Source of the DNA: a virus
Taxonomy: Duplodnaviria; Caudoviricetes
Reading direction: 5' to 3' (one strand)
IMG/VR virus record: IMGVR_UViG_3300037851_000141
Span: 160,001 to 224,000 of that record
DNA length: 64,000 bases
Every line of letters starts with the position of its first letter. Position 1 is the stretch's first letter. Of this stretch, positions 1 to 10,611 are shown one piece after another. Below the pieces are notes generated by a model. The model saw nothing but the letters and a program-made list of their open reading frames with translations, had not been told where the DNA came from and did no database searches. A program made the translations under genes and the position numbers.

Positions 1-1
1 G

Positions 2-478
2 TTCCAAATAGAAGACGCTAAACAACAAAATACTGAAGTCAAGCATGAGGCAATTACAGCAGTTAAAGAATACTTCCCACCAGAATTTTGTAATCGGTTT
101 GATAGTATAATCGCATTTAACCTATTGACAGAAAAAGATTTACGAAAAATTCTAACCTTACATCTTGATAAATTTCAACAACAAATAATACATACATCAA
201 CACCAATTAAACTCTCATATAAGAAGAAATTTTTAGATTTAGTTATTAAAGAGGGTACAAGTGTTCAACATGGAGCCAGACACTTAAGTAGAGCCATACA
301 GAACTTGGTTATTACCCCTATTTCTAAAATGATTGCCAGTGAACAACTTATTGGTGGGGATAACGTTATATTGACTGTAAATAGAAATAAACCTAAATTT
401 ATAAGAGAAGAACGTACAGATAAACAAATAGAAAATTGGATTAAGAAAAAAGGCAAAAAGAAGCACATCAAATCTTAA
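2..478 (+). CDS. ClpA/ClpB-type AAA+ chaperone, C-terminal part (runs off left edge)
   Basis: Frame open from nt 2; contains FPPEFCNRFDSIIAFNLL and GARHLSRAIQNLV, typical of Clp D2/D2-small domains. Confidence 0.85.
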   Translation, partial: FQIEDAKQQNTEVKHEAITAVKEYFPPEFCNRFDSIIAFNLLTEKDLRKILTLHLDKFQQQIIHTSTPIKLSYKKKFLDLVIKEGTSVQHGARHLSRAIQNLVITPISKMIASEQLIGGDNVILTVNRNKPKFIREERTDKQIENWIKKKGKKKHIKS

Positions 479-503
479 TATAAACATCATAATTTCTTAA
501 TCG

Positions 504-1274
504 TTGTATTGTATAAATCCTGGTATGAAAATCAAAACACTATTCCTATCCGACATACATCTTGGTACCAAATTTTGCCAAGCAAGAAAACTACTACAAT
601 TATTAAAATCATTAGAATCAGAAGATGGAAAACAATATAATGTAGAAAATTTATTCCTCATTGGTGATATTATTGACTTTGAGCATCTAAATAGAAAAAA
701 TGAATGGGCGCATGAACATTGGCAGGTTATTCAGAAATTCCTAAGAATGAGTAGAAAAGGCGTTAATGTAGTTTATATTTCCGGTAATCATGATTTGGCT
801 GTATCTTGGCTCAAAAATCAATCATATGGAAATATCATGTTCAAGGATTCTATGATTTATACAGTAAATAACGGTAGAAAATATCTCTTACTTCATGGAC
901 ATCAGTTTGACACTGCTATACACTCAATGCCTTGGTTATATTGGTTGGGTGATACGTCTTATACCATAGCTCTTTATATAAATTCAATTTTTAGTTCATG
1001 TAGATCGTTGTTTGGATATAAAAGTGAATGGTCTTTATCACATTGGCTTAAATCAAAAGTGAAACAAGTTGTCAAATATGCCTCTGATTATGAAAAATTA
1101 GTTGTAAAATATTGCGAGAAATACGGTTGCGAAGGTATTATATTGGGTCACATCCATATAGCAGCCAATCATAATATTGAAAACATACATTACTTAAATT
1201 GTGGTGCTTGGGTTGAAATGTGTACTGCCGTGGTTGAATATCACGATGGTACTATGGAACTTATCACCTTATAA
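504..1274 (+). CDS. LpxH-like calcineurin-family metallophosphoesterase
   Basis: SDIHLG, GDIID, GNHD, HGH, GHIH motifs. Confidence 0.85.
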   Translation: MYCINPGMKIKTLFLSDIHLGTKFCQARKLLQLLKSLESEDGKQYNVENLFLIGDIIDFEHLNRKNEWAHEHWQVIQKFLRMSRKGVNVVYISGNHDLAVSWLKNQSYGNIMFKDSMIYTVNNGRKYLLLHGHQFDTAIHSMPWLYWLGDTSYTIALYINSIFSSCRSLFGYKSEWSLSHWLKSKVKQVVKYASDYEKLVVKYCEKYGCEGIILGHIHIAANHNIENIHYLNCGAWVEMCTAVVEYHDGTMELITL

Positions 1275-1333
1275 AGTCCTTGATTTCTTATTTTATCTTT
1301 ATATAATATGGTCCAGAATTAAAAGGACAATAT

Positions 1334-2677
1334 ATGTTAACGAGTTTATTTGCTGGCGGTGCTATTATAGGTACATTGGTTGGTTTTTGGTCAACTATTA
1401 AAATGTATCTGATGAAAATATATAGTTTGTTTGTCGTGACTATTCATTTCAAGAACCCATTAGCAATAGAATCCGCACTTTATTATTTGTTTGAGCATAT
1501 GAAGGTATCAAAAATAAAGACACATTCTGTTGTTGGTCTGTGTTTGTATAAGCGATCAATTAACGCATATCGTTCCTTTTTATTCGATATGCCACCAACA
1601 GGCTCTCAAATTTATTGGCGCGGGTGGAAACCAGTATTAGTGAATGTTGATGATAAAGCTTTTTCAATATCTTTCATACGAGGATTTTTTAATTACACTA
1701 AACTATTAAAAGATATAGAAGATTATTATAATAAAGTTTCATATACAAAAGAAAAGATGAACAGATTTCATATACAGCAATGCTTTGGTTCATTAAAACG
1801 TAAAGATTCTGAATCAGAATATCCATCACCTCTTTCGTATAATGGCAATTCCGCCGAGGCCACGGTTCCTGTTGAAACTTCAACGAATAATGGTATGGAG
1901 AAGACAATATTAAATATTATTTTAGGTGGAGCAGGGTCAAATATTTCTCCGCTATTCCATGATAAATCTGATGTTGGTCAACGTATCATAAAGAATCCTA
2001 TAGATATGATGGCATTAAATTCCGATTCAATGGCTATGGTTGAAGATATTAAGCATTGGTATAACAGTGAGTCTTGGTATAAAGATCGGTTTATTCCATG
2101 GAAGAGAGGGTTTTTACTTCATGGCAATCCTGGCAATGGTAAATCAAGTTTGACAAGATTGCTTGGTATGGAATTTAATATGCCCATTTTTGCTTTTGAT
2201 TTATCTACGTTTACTAATGGGCAATTTATTAACGAATGGAAATGTCGAACGTCTAATTGGTCCCCTTGTATTATGTTATTAGAAGATATAGATTCAGTAT
2301 TCAATGGAAGAAAAAATGTTACCGGCTATGAAAATGCTTTGACTTTTGACTGCTTGCTTAATTGTATTGATGGAGTTGGGTCAAATGATGGTGTAATAAC
2401 TATCATAACAACCAATAAAATTGACACTATTGACGAAGCTATAGGAAAACCAAATGGCGATGGATTAACAACTCGCCCTGGTAGAATAGATCGTCTTGTT
2501 GAAATGACTCCACCTAATGAAGAAGGTCGTAGAAAGATTGCTAAAAGAATATTAAGAGATTATCCTGACCAGATTGAATCCGTTGTACATGTAAGTCATA
2601 ACGATAGTGGCGCTCAATTCCAAGAACGTTGTACTCGTCTGGCACTTGAGTTATATTGGAAAGACAAAAAGGATTGA
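1334..2677 (+). CDS. BCS1-like AAA ATPase with N-terminal membrane anchor
   Basis: Walker A GNPGNGKS, Walker B LLEDID, WKRGFLLHG, RPGRID; hydrophobic N-terminus. Confidence 0.85.
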   Translation: MLTSLFAGGAIIGTLVGFWSTIKMYLMKIYSLFVVTIHFKNPLAIESALYYLFEHMKVSKIKTHSVVGLCLYKRSINAYRSFLFDMPPTGSQIYWRGWKPVLVNVDDKAFSISFIRGFFNYTKLLKDIEDYYNKVSYTKEKMNRFHIQQCFGSLKRKDSESEYPSPLSYNGNSAEATVPVETSTNNGMEKTILNIILGGAGSNISPLFHDKSDVGQRIIKNPIDMMALNSDSMAMVEDIKHWYNSESWYKDRFIPWKRGFLLHGNPGNGKSSLTRLLGMEFNMPIFAFDLSTFTNGQFINEWKCRTSNWSPCIMLLEDIDSVFNGRKNVTGYENALTFDCLLNCIDGVGSNDGVITIITTNKIDTIDEAIGKPNGDGLTTRPGRIDRLVEMTPPNEEGRRKIAKRILRDYPDQIESVVHVSHNDSGAQFQERCTRLALELYWKDKKD

Positions 2678-2719
2678 CTTTCAAGTTTCTTCAAGTAAAA
2701 TACAACCAAGGAGACGAAC

Positions 2720-3259
2720 ATGGGCAGATACGGTGATTTAGATCAAACTGTGGCTGGTTCTGTCATGGTTGTAAAAATGCCAGATGGATCTACAGAATTG
2801 GTCGAACAAGTAGAAAACAATGGTAAAAAAGAGTGGATTTTCGTTAAAGATCGCATTCGTAAACAAAAAGAAAATGAAGATTTTGATGCCAGATTCGCTA
2901 AAACTGAAACTAAACCAGACGATGAAAATAAAGTCAAAACTGAACCTATTACTCGTAAGAAAATAGGAAAACTTCATGAATTTGACCCACAACCTAATCC
3001 GGCAGAGCATATAAATTCTGACCTCGGTGACACAACTAAACAATTAACGAAAACACAAAAACACCTATATGCTCACTTGATTGAAGTTCTTGGCGGACAT
3101 CCTGCTTCAATCTTACAAAATGGATTAAGTCAAAAAATATTGGATAGTCTAAAGAAGAATCCAGTGATTGTATCGACTGTTTTAGAAATCATAAAGGCTA
3201 TTGATCATCCAGCATGGAACTCGGTTGGAGATTTGTTGAAAGAGTTTAGAAATGCCTGA
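2720..3259 (+). CDS. hypothetical protein
   Basis: ORF with AGGAG RBS and upstream TTGACT..TAAAAT promoter. Confidence 0.75.
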   Translation: MGRYGDLDQTVAGSVMVVKMPDGSTELVEQVENNGKKEWIFVKDRIRKQKENEDFDARFAKTETKPDDENKVKTEPITRKKIGKLHEFDPQPNPAEHINSDLGDTTKQLTKTQKHLYAHLIEVLGGHPASILQNGLSQKILDSLKKNPVIVSTVLEIIKAIDHPAWNSVGDLLKEFRNA

Positions 3260-3593
3260 CTTTATCTGTCCACTATGCCAAAATACCCTTCAACATTATA
3301 AAATAAATAAGAATCTTGATCATTATGCCGATAGTAATTTTGGCGTAAATATATCATATGAAATGGTTTCTTGTTCAAGTTGTTTGTATAATGTTGAACT
3401 TAATGAAAATTGGACTGGAAAATATTTAATAATCGCTAAAGATGAACTTAAGTTACTTAAAGATAATGGTTGGACTTTGGTTGGCTTATATCCTCTGAAA
3501 ATAAGAAAAGAAATGCTTAATGTTGTTGGTGATTATGAAGTTTTAAGTGAAGTGACTAAAATAAAACAAATTCTGTACAGTAAAAAGACTTGA
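3252..3593 (+). CDS. hypothetical Zn-ribbon protein
   Basis: CPLC and CSSC pairs; overlaps previous stop. Confidence 0.65.
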   Translation: MPDFICPLCQNTLQHYKINKNLDHYADSNFGVNISYEMVSCSSCLYNVELNENWTGKYLIIAKDELKLLKDNGWTLVGLYPLKIRKEMLNVVGDYEVLSEVTKIKQILYSKKT

Positions 3594-3617
3594 CAATCAT
3601 TTTTTATTTTGTATAAT
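3590..3617 (+). promoter_or_regulatory. sigma70-type promoter
   Basis: TTGACA-N16-TATAAT. Confidence 0.75.
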
Positions 3618-3638
3618 CATCAGCAGATATGAAGAACT

Positions 3639-4670
3639 ATGTATATCAGTCTGAATCCTTGTCATTCTCAAGAGTTGATTGATGATGTTCTGGCAGTTAT
3701 TGGTGTAGAAGATTTATATGAATTCTATGCTAAATGGTCAGAATCACATAGGTATTTCCATAACTTAGATCATTTATATAGTATTGTAATGGCTGTACAT
3801 GATAAATATAAAAATGATGAACATACGTATGTAGTTTATATGTTGGCCGCGATGTTCCACGATATTGTATATGAACCAAATAGAACAGATAACGAAGTAA
3901 AGAGTGTAGAAGTATTTAATCATTATGTCAATCCATTAGACTTATCCAAGAAAACAATAGATGAAGTCTGTTCTTTGATCTTGGCAACTGCGGATATGAA
4001 TGATGATAACGATTTCAACCAGATGGATCGAAAAATCTTAACAGAAACCTCCATCAGCAAACTCATTGATTACGAACACAAAATCGCTAAAGAATATCAG
4101 TATTTAGATTATCCAACTTATAAGAAAAATCGTATTGAATTCTTAACAAAATGTCTGACTAAGTATCCTAATTTGGCTCCATTAATCGATTATGTACAGA
4201 ATAGAAAAATCTCTGTGGGGTGTTATTTCGGAACCTTCAATCCATTTCACGTAGGGCATTATAATATCTTAGAAAAAGCCAATAAGTTATTTGATAAAGT
4301 TGTTGTTGTTTTAGGGATGAATCCAGATAAATCATATGATCATACTATGAATACTCGGCTAACAACGCTCAAGAATACACTAAAATATTACGAAGTTGAT
4401 GATATGGGCGCTGGAACGCAAGTACATTATATGAATAACATGATTGCGTCTGGTATGTATTCATTGGTGACTGCGATAAAAGGACTAAGAAATGAACGGG
4501 ATTTGGTTGATGGCTTTGAATCAGAATATTGGTCAAAGAAACTCGGTAATTATAATGTTGTTTATCTATCATGTGATGAACAATATAAAAATGTTTCTTC
4601 AAGAGGAATCAATATGTTAAACCGATATGATGCTCGTAAGGCTGAACAGTTAATTTTTAAACCAAAATGA
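3639..4670 (+). CDS. HD-domain / cytidyltransferase-like (CoaD/NadD-type) fusion
   Basis: HNLDH..FHDIVY HD motif; GTFNPFHVGH HIGH motif; C-terminal SSR. Confidence 0.75.
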   Translation: MYISLNPCHSQELIDDVLAVIGVEDLYEFYAKWSESHRYFHNLDHLYSIVMAVHDKYKNDEHTYVVYMLAAMFHDIVYEPNRTDNEVKSVEVFNHYVNPLDLSKKTIDEVCSLILATADMNDDNDFNQMDRKILTETSISKLIDYEHKIAKEYQYLDYPTYKKNRIEFLTKCLTKYPNLAPLIDYVQNRKISVGCYFGTFNPFHVGHYNILEKANKLFDKVVVVLGMNPDKSYDHTMNTRLTTLKNTLKYYEVDDMGAGTQVHYMNNMIASGMYSLVTAIKGLRNERDLVDGFESEYWSKKLGNYNVVYLSCDEQYKNVSSRGINMLNRYDARKAEQLIFKPK

Positions 4671-4978
4671 ATTTAGTTGTCCACTGTAAGAAATCAGAAT
4701 ATGCGGTTTACATTGGTCGTCCGTCTATTTGGGGCAATCCGTTTGAAATTGGTAAAGACGGAACCAGAAAACAAGTAATAGAAAAATATGAAGAATATTT
4801 ATTAAACAATCCAAATCTTTTAATTAAACTTCCAGAATTGAAAAATAAGATTCTTGGTTGTTGGTGTTCGCCACTTGCTTGCCATGGTGATATTCTGGTA
4901 AAATACGCAAATCAAGATAAATTAGATGAATGGATAAAAGAAAGACTTGAAATAATTAAAATGTTTGATATAATGTAA
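4667..4978 (+). CDS. DUF4326-like protein
   Basis: VYIGRPSIWGNPF and LGCWCSPLACHGDIL. Confidence 0.8.
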   Translation: MNLVVHCKKSEYAVYIGRPSIWGNPFEIGKDGTRKQVIEKYEEYLLNNPNLLIKLPELKNKILGCWCSPLACHGDILVKYANQDKLDEWIKERLEIIKMFDIM

Positions 4979-5014
4979 TCATCTGGCCCGTAAGCCGGTA
5001 AAGGAGTTGTTCCT

Positions 5015-5458
5015 ATGTTGTCTTATAATCCATTACACAATTGTGTTCATTTAGCAATAGATAATGCCTTAAACAATTATGAACAACTTAAAACAAAGCT
5101 TAACTTTATAAATTCTCGTAAAGCTTTTGTACAAGAATTCCTTACTTATCATATTCGGTTTCCTCGTCAATCTGGACACACTTCTTCTATTAAAGAATGT
5201 GTCAATTATTATGAGGAAATTTGCCCATCTGCCATTTTTCTTCCTACTATTCATTTTATTCGTGGTTTTCAGAGAGATGTTCCAAAAGATTGCTTAGTTC
5301 TTTGTGCTAAGTCGATATATGATGATAATTTACATGGTATTCGCATTAACAGTATGTTTGTTGATTGCACCAGCTTGATATCAAATGCTCAAAAAGATAA
5401 GATAATTGAGCATGCTTGTAATCAGCCTGACTTAAAATTTCTTATGTTTTTAGAATAA
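5015..5458 (+). CDS. hypothetical protein (degenerate P-loop-like PRQSGHTS)
   Basis: ORF with AAGGAG RBS. Confidence 0.65.
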   Translation: MLSYNPLHNCVHLAIDNALNNYEQLKTKLNFINSRKAFVQEFLTYHIRFPRQSGHTSSIKECVNYYEEICPSAIFLPTIHFIRGFQRDVPKDCLVLCAKSIYDDNLHGIRINSMFVDCTSLISNAQKDKIIEHACNQPDLKFLMFLE

Positions 5459-5496
5459 TCTTCTTGATTTGTCTTATAGTTTAGGTATAATATCGC

Positions 5497-6333
5497 ATGC
5501 CATCCAACGAAGCTACACTTAAATTGATTGCTGGCATTCGTGCTAAACACGTTGAACCACAATCATCTTCTACAGCTTGTCCAATGAAAGTAGAAAAACG
5601 AATAGAAGAGTTTGAATTAGAAAAGATATTTAATCAAATTCAGAAAGAAAGTCCTGTTGTAATTGATGATCATTGTCATGCTGTTCTAAATGATAGTTGT
5701 TGTCCTAAACCGCCGAATATGAAATCTGGAGACGATCTTTATATGCCAGTATGTAAAGAAAGTGCTGGTGTAATTTATCCTCCACCATATCAACCTGTGG
5801 ATGTGACCGTTGATCATAATCCACGAACAAGAGAATTCTATATAACTGATCTTAAAACTGGTCAAAAAACAACTATTACGGAATCTGAGTTTAGATTATT
5901 GCCAAAATATCGAAATATTGTTAATGTTGATGTTGGTAGTATGTTGTCAAAAGCAGCAAACGAATATGTTTCTGATCATATAGCAAGACTTAAAAAAGCA
6001 GCCCAAGAATATAAAGATTCGGTTGAAGATATTAAACCAATACAACCAAACGAAGACGGAACGTTTAATATAGGGCAATCTGTAAACATTGGTTCACTTA
6101 TTTGTTATCTCACCGGCTTTCACGTAGGTAATTGTGAACATAAAGAAGTATACGGAATAACAGAACTATATCAAAGAATAAATAAAAAGTTGACACCAGA
6201 CTATATTTTAAGAACTGTTTATGGTGATATTTCTAAACTAAAAATAGACATTGAAAACTTTGATAATGATGATATGTGGATAAAAATAAAAGAAAAGTTT
6301 GGTGAAAAAATAAAACTAAGGAATGTAGAATGA
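5497..6333 (+). CDS. hypothetical protein
   Basis: Long ORF after sigma70-like promoter. Confidence 0.7.
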   Translation: MPSNEATLKLIAGIRAKHVEPQSSSTACPMKVEKRIEEFELEKIFNQIQKESPVVIDDHCHAVLNDSCCPKPPNMKSGDDLYMPVCKESAGVIYPPPYQPVDVTVDHNPRTREFYITDLKTGQKTTITESEFRLLPKYRNIVNVDVGSMLSKAANEYVSDHIARLKKAAQEYKDSVEDIKPIQPNEDGTFNIGQSVNIGSLICYLTGFHVGNCEHKEVYGITELYQRINKKLTPDYILRTVYGDISKLKIDIENFDNDDMWIKIKEKFGEKIKLRNVE

Positions 6334-7205
6334 ATCAAAATTATGTTTTATACGATTTTGACAACAATTTACAAAAAGTTCTTGATTCTGGTATGCCACT
6401 TAAAGATCGTACTGGCACCGGATGTAAATTTCTCCCAGGTATATTAAGCACAGTTGATATTTCACAAAGGATTCCTGTTCCAACTCGTAGAGCAACGGTT
6501 TGGAAGTCAATGCTTAAGGAATATTTATGGTTTATATCTGGTTCCCATAATATAAATGACCTTAATAAAATGGGATCTAAAGTTTGGGATTTTTGGAGAG
6601 ACGATAAATGGACAGAACAGAATGGGTTTGATGAAGGTTCTATTGGATATGGTTATGGATTCAATTTATGTCATTTTGGATCTGATATACATAATAAAGA
6701 AACTCCAGGGTTCAACCAACTGGATTATGTAATAAATGAACTTAAAAATAATAGAAACTCAAGGCGCATTCTTTTTATATTCTATAGACCAGATAAATCA
6801 GATTCTAAGTCAGTAAAATTGCCCCCTTGTCACGTTGTTTATCAATTTATTCCTGAACCAGACGCTACCGGGGAACTAAATCGTTTATCTTGTTGTGTGT
6901 TCCAGCGGTCATCAGATGCGTTTGTTGGAAACTTAAGTACAAATCTTCAAGGCGCAACCTTTTTAACTTATATGTTGTGTCAGCAAGTTAATATGATTCC
7001 AAGTAAACTTTATCATTTTTCTGCGCATTTTCACATTTATGATAACCATTTTGACTTTGTTAAGGAATATCTTGCTCGACCAGCCCCAAATTCTCCGATT
7101 CTTAAGTTAAATAAACGAGATTCTATTTACGATTATGTTGCCGATGATTTTGTGCTTGACGATTACAATCCTTTAGATAAAATGCGTTTGCCAATAGCAG
7201 TCTGA
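6330..7205 (+). CDS. thyA: thymidylate synthase (ThyA, bacterial type)
   Basis: DRTGTG, LPPCH catalytic Cys, QRSSD, HIYDNH. Confidence 0.95.
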   Translation: MNQNYVLYDFDNNLQKVLDSGMPLKDRTGTGCKFLPGILSTVDISQRIPVPTRRATVWKSMLKEYLWFISGSHNINDLNKMGSKVWDFWRDDKWTEQNGFDEGSIGYGYGFNLCHFGSDIHNKETPGFNQLDYVINELKNNRNSRRILFIFYRPDKSDSKSVKLPPCHVVYQFIPEPDATGELNRLSCCVFQRSSDAFVGNLSTNLQGATFLTYMLCQQVNMIPSKLYHFSAHFHIYDNHFDFVKEYLARPAPNSPILKLNKRDSIYDYVADDFVLDDYNPLDKMRLPIAV

Positions 7206-7214
7206 AGGGATTGT

Positions 7215-7853
7215 ATGTTCCATCGACATAAGCATGAACACTTTTTCACTTGTACCTTGGATGATATAGGTTGTCCAGAATTTCGTGTAAAAACTGAACA
7301 TGGTCCAAAATCATCTTCGTTTTATTATACAAGAGATGGTTACGGTGATAAAATTAGACCTTATCCAAAACACGTTCAAGTTGTTGTAAAGCGATGTTCG
7401 TGTGGTGATATTACATTACGTTGTTCAGATGGTTCTACAGATTTTTTAATAGACCATGATTATGCTGTTGCCAAAGTGTTACAATTAAAGAAAATAGCAG
7501 ATCAAAAAGAAGAAGAACGATTGTTGAATATTTGTAATCCTGACTATCTTAAAGTTAAAATGTTGGAAGAAGAACTAAAAAACAAAGATAAAATAATAAA
7601 TGAAAAATTGAATAAGATTGATGCTCTGGAAGAAAAAATAAAAGCAATCATCCAAGATAATCAAGCCAAATCAAAGATATTAACAGAAGTTCAAGAGCAT
7701 ATTCAAGCAGTAAAGAAAATCAAGATTAAAGATGAAAAAGTAAAAGAAATACTTAAAGACATTTTTTACGAAATTGATATGCTAAAAGCCACGAAAAATG
7801 AATCTCCAATTATCAAACCATCTTATGAAATGATTGATAAAATACTTGCTTGA
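7215..7853 (+). CDS. hypothetical coiled-coil protein
   Basis: ORF; K/E-rich heptad C-terminus. Confidence 0.7.
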   Translation: MFHRHKHEHFFTCTLDDIGCPEFRVKTEHGPKSSSFYYTRDGYGDKIRPYPKHVQVVVKRCSCGDITLRCSDGSTDFLIDHDYAVAKVLQLKKIADQKEEERLLNICNPDYLKVKMLEEELKNKDKIINEKLNKIDALEEKIKAIIQDNQAKSKILTEVQEHIQAVKKIKIKDEKVKEILKDIFYEIDMLKATKNESPIIKPSYEMIDKILA

Positions 7854-7901
7854 TTTCTGTTTTTTCTACGATATAATAATACAACAACAAAGGAGCCGTA
7901 T

Positions 7902-8126
7902 ATGTCTCAACGTCAAATCAAAAACCTTCGTAAATCATTACCATACAAAGGTCAACCAAAATATGTTCCAGGTCCAGTAATAAACGAAGAAACTAAAATT
8001 CAAGAAACTGTTTCTTTACAAGTTGGTCCAAATACTATTACCTATCCTAAAGTTTCTCCGATATTTAATGAAAAATTTAATCAAGAAGCATTCAAATTCT
8101 ATAAACAAGCAAAGAAAGATCGCTGA
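7902..8126 (+). CDS. hypothetical protein
   Basis: AAGGAG RBS, upstream promoter. Confidence 0.65.
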   Translation: MSQRQIKNLRKSLPYKGQPKYVPGPVINEETKIQETVSLQVGPNTITYPKVSPIFNEKFNQEAFKFYKQAKKDR

Positions 8127-8129
8127 ACA

Positions 8130-8327
8130 ATGCCACTTGAAGAATATTTTTGTTTTGTTTGTGATAAAAATGGGTTATGGTATAAAATTCCCGTCAGAGT
8201 AAAAAATACATTTGATGAGTTTAGTGAAAACAATAACCCACTCATTAAAGAGTTTAGTAAATATCGGTCAATGCACCCGTGTAATTATATGTTTAATGAT
8301 ATATTCGTCCTAAAGGAATCAAAATGA
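8130..8327 (+). CDS. hypothetical protein
   Basis: Fills operon gap; stop overlaps next start. Confidence 0.55.
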   Translation: MPLEEYFCFVCDKNGLWYKIPVRVKNTFDEFSENNNPLIKEFSKYRSMHPCNYMFNDIFVLKESK

Positions 8328-9220
8328 AAAATATCCCCGTACTCCATGTATCAGGAAACTCATTAGCTGAAGCATATGAGAAATCACTTCTGGAACTCTA
8401 TCATAATGGCTGTCGGTTTAAGACCCAATATGATAAACCCGGTGATCCTGAATCTGTTGATGCTACTATGAATATTACGATAAATGATCCTGAAGCAGAT
8501 CCGATGATTCATAAAGCATTCCCTGGTGGATTCTCTGATCTTAGGGAATATGTTTATGAATTGATGGGTGTTAAAGATCATTGGGTAAAATTTCATGATG
8601 ATTTGAATGACACTCGTTGGGAATATACATATAGTGGTCGTATTCGTCATTGGGGTCGATTGAAGTATCGTGGTGTTGATAATTCTGTTAATTGGCTTGG
8701 TGAAAATATTGATCAAACCAAGATTGTTATTGATAAACTAAGCAAGCAGCCATTTACTCGTCAAGCACAGATGATTACTTGGGATCCTCGTTTTGACACT
8801 AATTGTTATGACCCAGCATGTTTACAATCTTTATGGTATCGTATTCTTGAAGATGATGGTGTATATTATCTCAACTGTAATGTTCGCTTCCGCAGCAATG
8901 ACGCTTGGGGTGCGAATTTTATGAATAGTTTTGGTTTTATTCAGTTCAATAAAGAGGTTATAGCTAAAGGTGTTGCTGAAAAAACTGGTAAAGTTGTTAA
9001 GCTTGGTCGTATGAATTGGCAGGCTGATTCATTCCACATTTACGGTAAAGATATTGCTGACTTTGAACGTCGTCTACTTGAAAGAGTTAAAACTACCTCT
9101 TTTGATGAACGTGTATATAACTTCCAAGATGAAGAAATACAAATGATGTACCATGAATGTGAGAACGAATTGCTTGCTAAGTTTAAGTCCGTAGAAGAAA
9201 CATTCAAGGAATCAAAATGA
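8324..9220 (+). CDS. second, divergent thymidylate synthase-fold enzyme
   Basis: YTYSGR, TRQAQ, PACLQ (Cys), RSNDAWGANFMN, SFHIYG. Confidence 0.85.
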   Translation: MKNIPVLHVSGNSLAEAYEKSLLELYHNGCRFKTQYDKPGDPESVDATMNITINDPEADPMIHKAFPGGFSDLREYVYELMGVKDHWVKFHDDLNDTRWEYTYSGRIRHWGRLKYRGVDNSVNWLGENIDQTKIVIDKLSKQPFTRQAQMITWDPRFDTNCYDPACLQSLWYRILEDDGVYYLNCNVRFRSNDAWGANFMNSFGFIQFNKEVIAKGVAEKTGKVVKLGRMNWQADSFHIYGKDIADFERRLLERVKTTSFDERVYNFQDEEIQMMYHECENELLAKFKSVEETFKESK

Positions 9221-9465
9221 AAATCATAGAAACTATAAAAAGTCCAGACGATTGTAGCTATCCTTATTTTACTATAATTGAACGTACATATCAAGATGGT
9301 GCGGTTGATTATATGTATGAAGAATATTCCAGAGATGGTGTTGTTTCTAAAAGCGTAAATCCTTTTGGCAGTTATGATGCTGTTTTATCTTATGTCAAAA
9401 CTCTTATTAAGCCAAAACCAAATATCACAAACGCTAAAATAATATCCTACGTGATGAGTGACTAA
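9217..9465 (+). CDS. hypothetical protein
   Basis: Overlapping start/stop coupling. Confidence 0.6.
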   Translation: MKIIETIKSPDDCSYPYFTIIERTYQDGAVDYMYEEYSRDGVVSKSVNPFGSYDAVLSYVKTLIKPKPNITNAKIISYVMSD

Positions 9466-9688
9466 AATGGACCTAATAAGCAAATATCTTCCAATAGCCC
9501 TGGACATCGTACTTTGGTGTTCAGGGTTATATTTTCTACTATCTATTGGTGGATTTATCTCTGGCATTATAATAACTCTCATGATAATATACAGCATTAT
9601 AAATCTAAAGATAATAACCCACTACTTTAGGCATGTTTGGTTGATTGGTAGACATGTAATTCGAGAAATAAAAAAGTTTAGATTTTGA
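9458..9688 (+). CDS. small membrane protein
   Basis: Two hydrophobic segments. Confidence 0.55.
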   Translation: MTKMDLISKYLPIALDIVLWCSGLYFLLSIGGFISGIIITLMIIYSIINLKIITHYFRHVWLIGRHVIREIKKFRF

Positions 9689-9700
9689 TATAATATTCGG

Positions 9701-10231
9701 ATGATTACTTCACTTATCGTTGCTATGACTCCAAAGGGTATTATAGGTCGAAACGGCAGAATACCTTGGAAGTCATCTGAAGATATGAAATATTTTAAGG
9801 AAACTACAATGGGGTTTCCTGTTATTATGGGTCGAAATACTTGGGATTCGTTAAGGATAAAGCCATTACAAGGTAGATATAACGTTGTAATTACCAGAAA
9901 CACAGCATTGGTTGGTAAAATTGTTGAAGGTGAGAACGGCCCCTGGTTTCATGATTCATTAGAAGATGTGTTGGAAAAGTTCAGAGAAATGGATACGCCA
10001 GAGGTTTTTATTATTGGTGGCGCTCAAATATATGATGAAGCTATATCCAAAGACATTGTTGACCAAATGTACATCAATATAATGAAAAAAGATGTTGAGG
10101 GCGATGCTTGGTTCCCATACATAGAAAAAACATTGTGGCAAATTGAAAAATCCGGCACAGAGTTCAATGATTTTGATGCTTACTTATATGTCAGAAATCC
10201 CGAGCCAGAAGAAATCAGTCCTATAATATAA
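9701..10231 (+). CDS. folA: dihydrofolate reductase
   Basis: IGRNGRIPW..ED, VIMGRNTWDS, FIIGGAQIY, EGDAWFP. Confidence 0.95.
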   Translation: MITSLIVAMTPKGIIGRNGRIPWKSSEDMKYFKETTMGFPVIMGRNTWDSLRIKPLQGRYNVVITRNTALVGKIVEGENGPWFHDSLEDVLEKFREMDTPEVFIIGGAQIYDEAISKDIVDQMYINIMKKDVEGDAWFPYIEKTLWQIEKSGTEFNDFDAYLYVRNPEPEEISPII

Positions 10232-10259
10232 ATAAGGTTGATGACTGATACTACTCTGG

Positions 10260-10598
10260 TTGCTGGTTATGTCTGGTAGCGGCAAAGAAGACCTTTATCA
10301 TTGCCCTATCTGTAATCGTCTCCATCGTAAAGAATTCATGACTATCCATCATTTGTTTCCTGCTCTCGGCGCTAAACCTAAACTTGAGCCAATAATTTAT
10401 ATATGTAGAACCTGTCACGAAGTTATACATTATTGCCATACAAACGCAGAACTAAGACTATATTGGAATACATACGATAAACTCATAAAATCTCCAAAGA
10501 TACAAAATCTACTTGAAATATATAAATATAAACCGGATAACTGTGTGTTCAAGTTGAAAAAACTCAAGAATACACTAAAATCATTACAAGTAGCATAA
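10260..10598 (+). CDS. small HNH endonuclease-like protein
   Basis: CPIC..TIHHLFP..ICRTCHEVIH. Confidence 0.75.
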   Translation: MLVMSGSGKEDLYHCPICNRLHRKEFMTIHHLFPALGAKPKLEPIIYICRTCHEVIHYCHTNAELRLYWNTYDKLIKSPKIQNLLEIYKYKPDNCVFKLKKLKNTLKSLQVA

Positions 10599-10611
10599 AA
10601 AGGAATATAAA

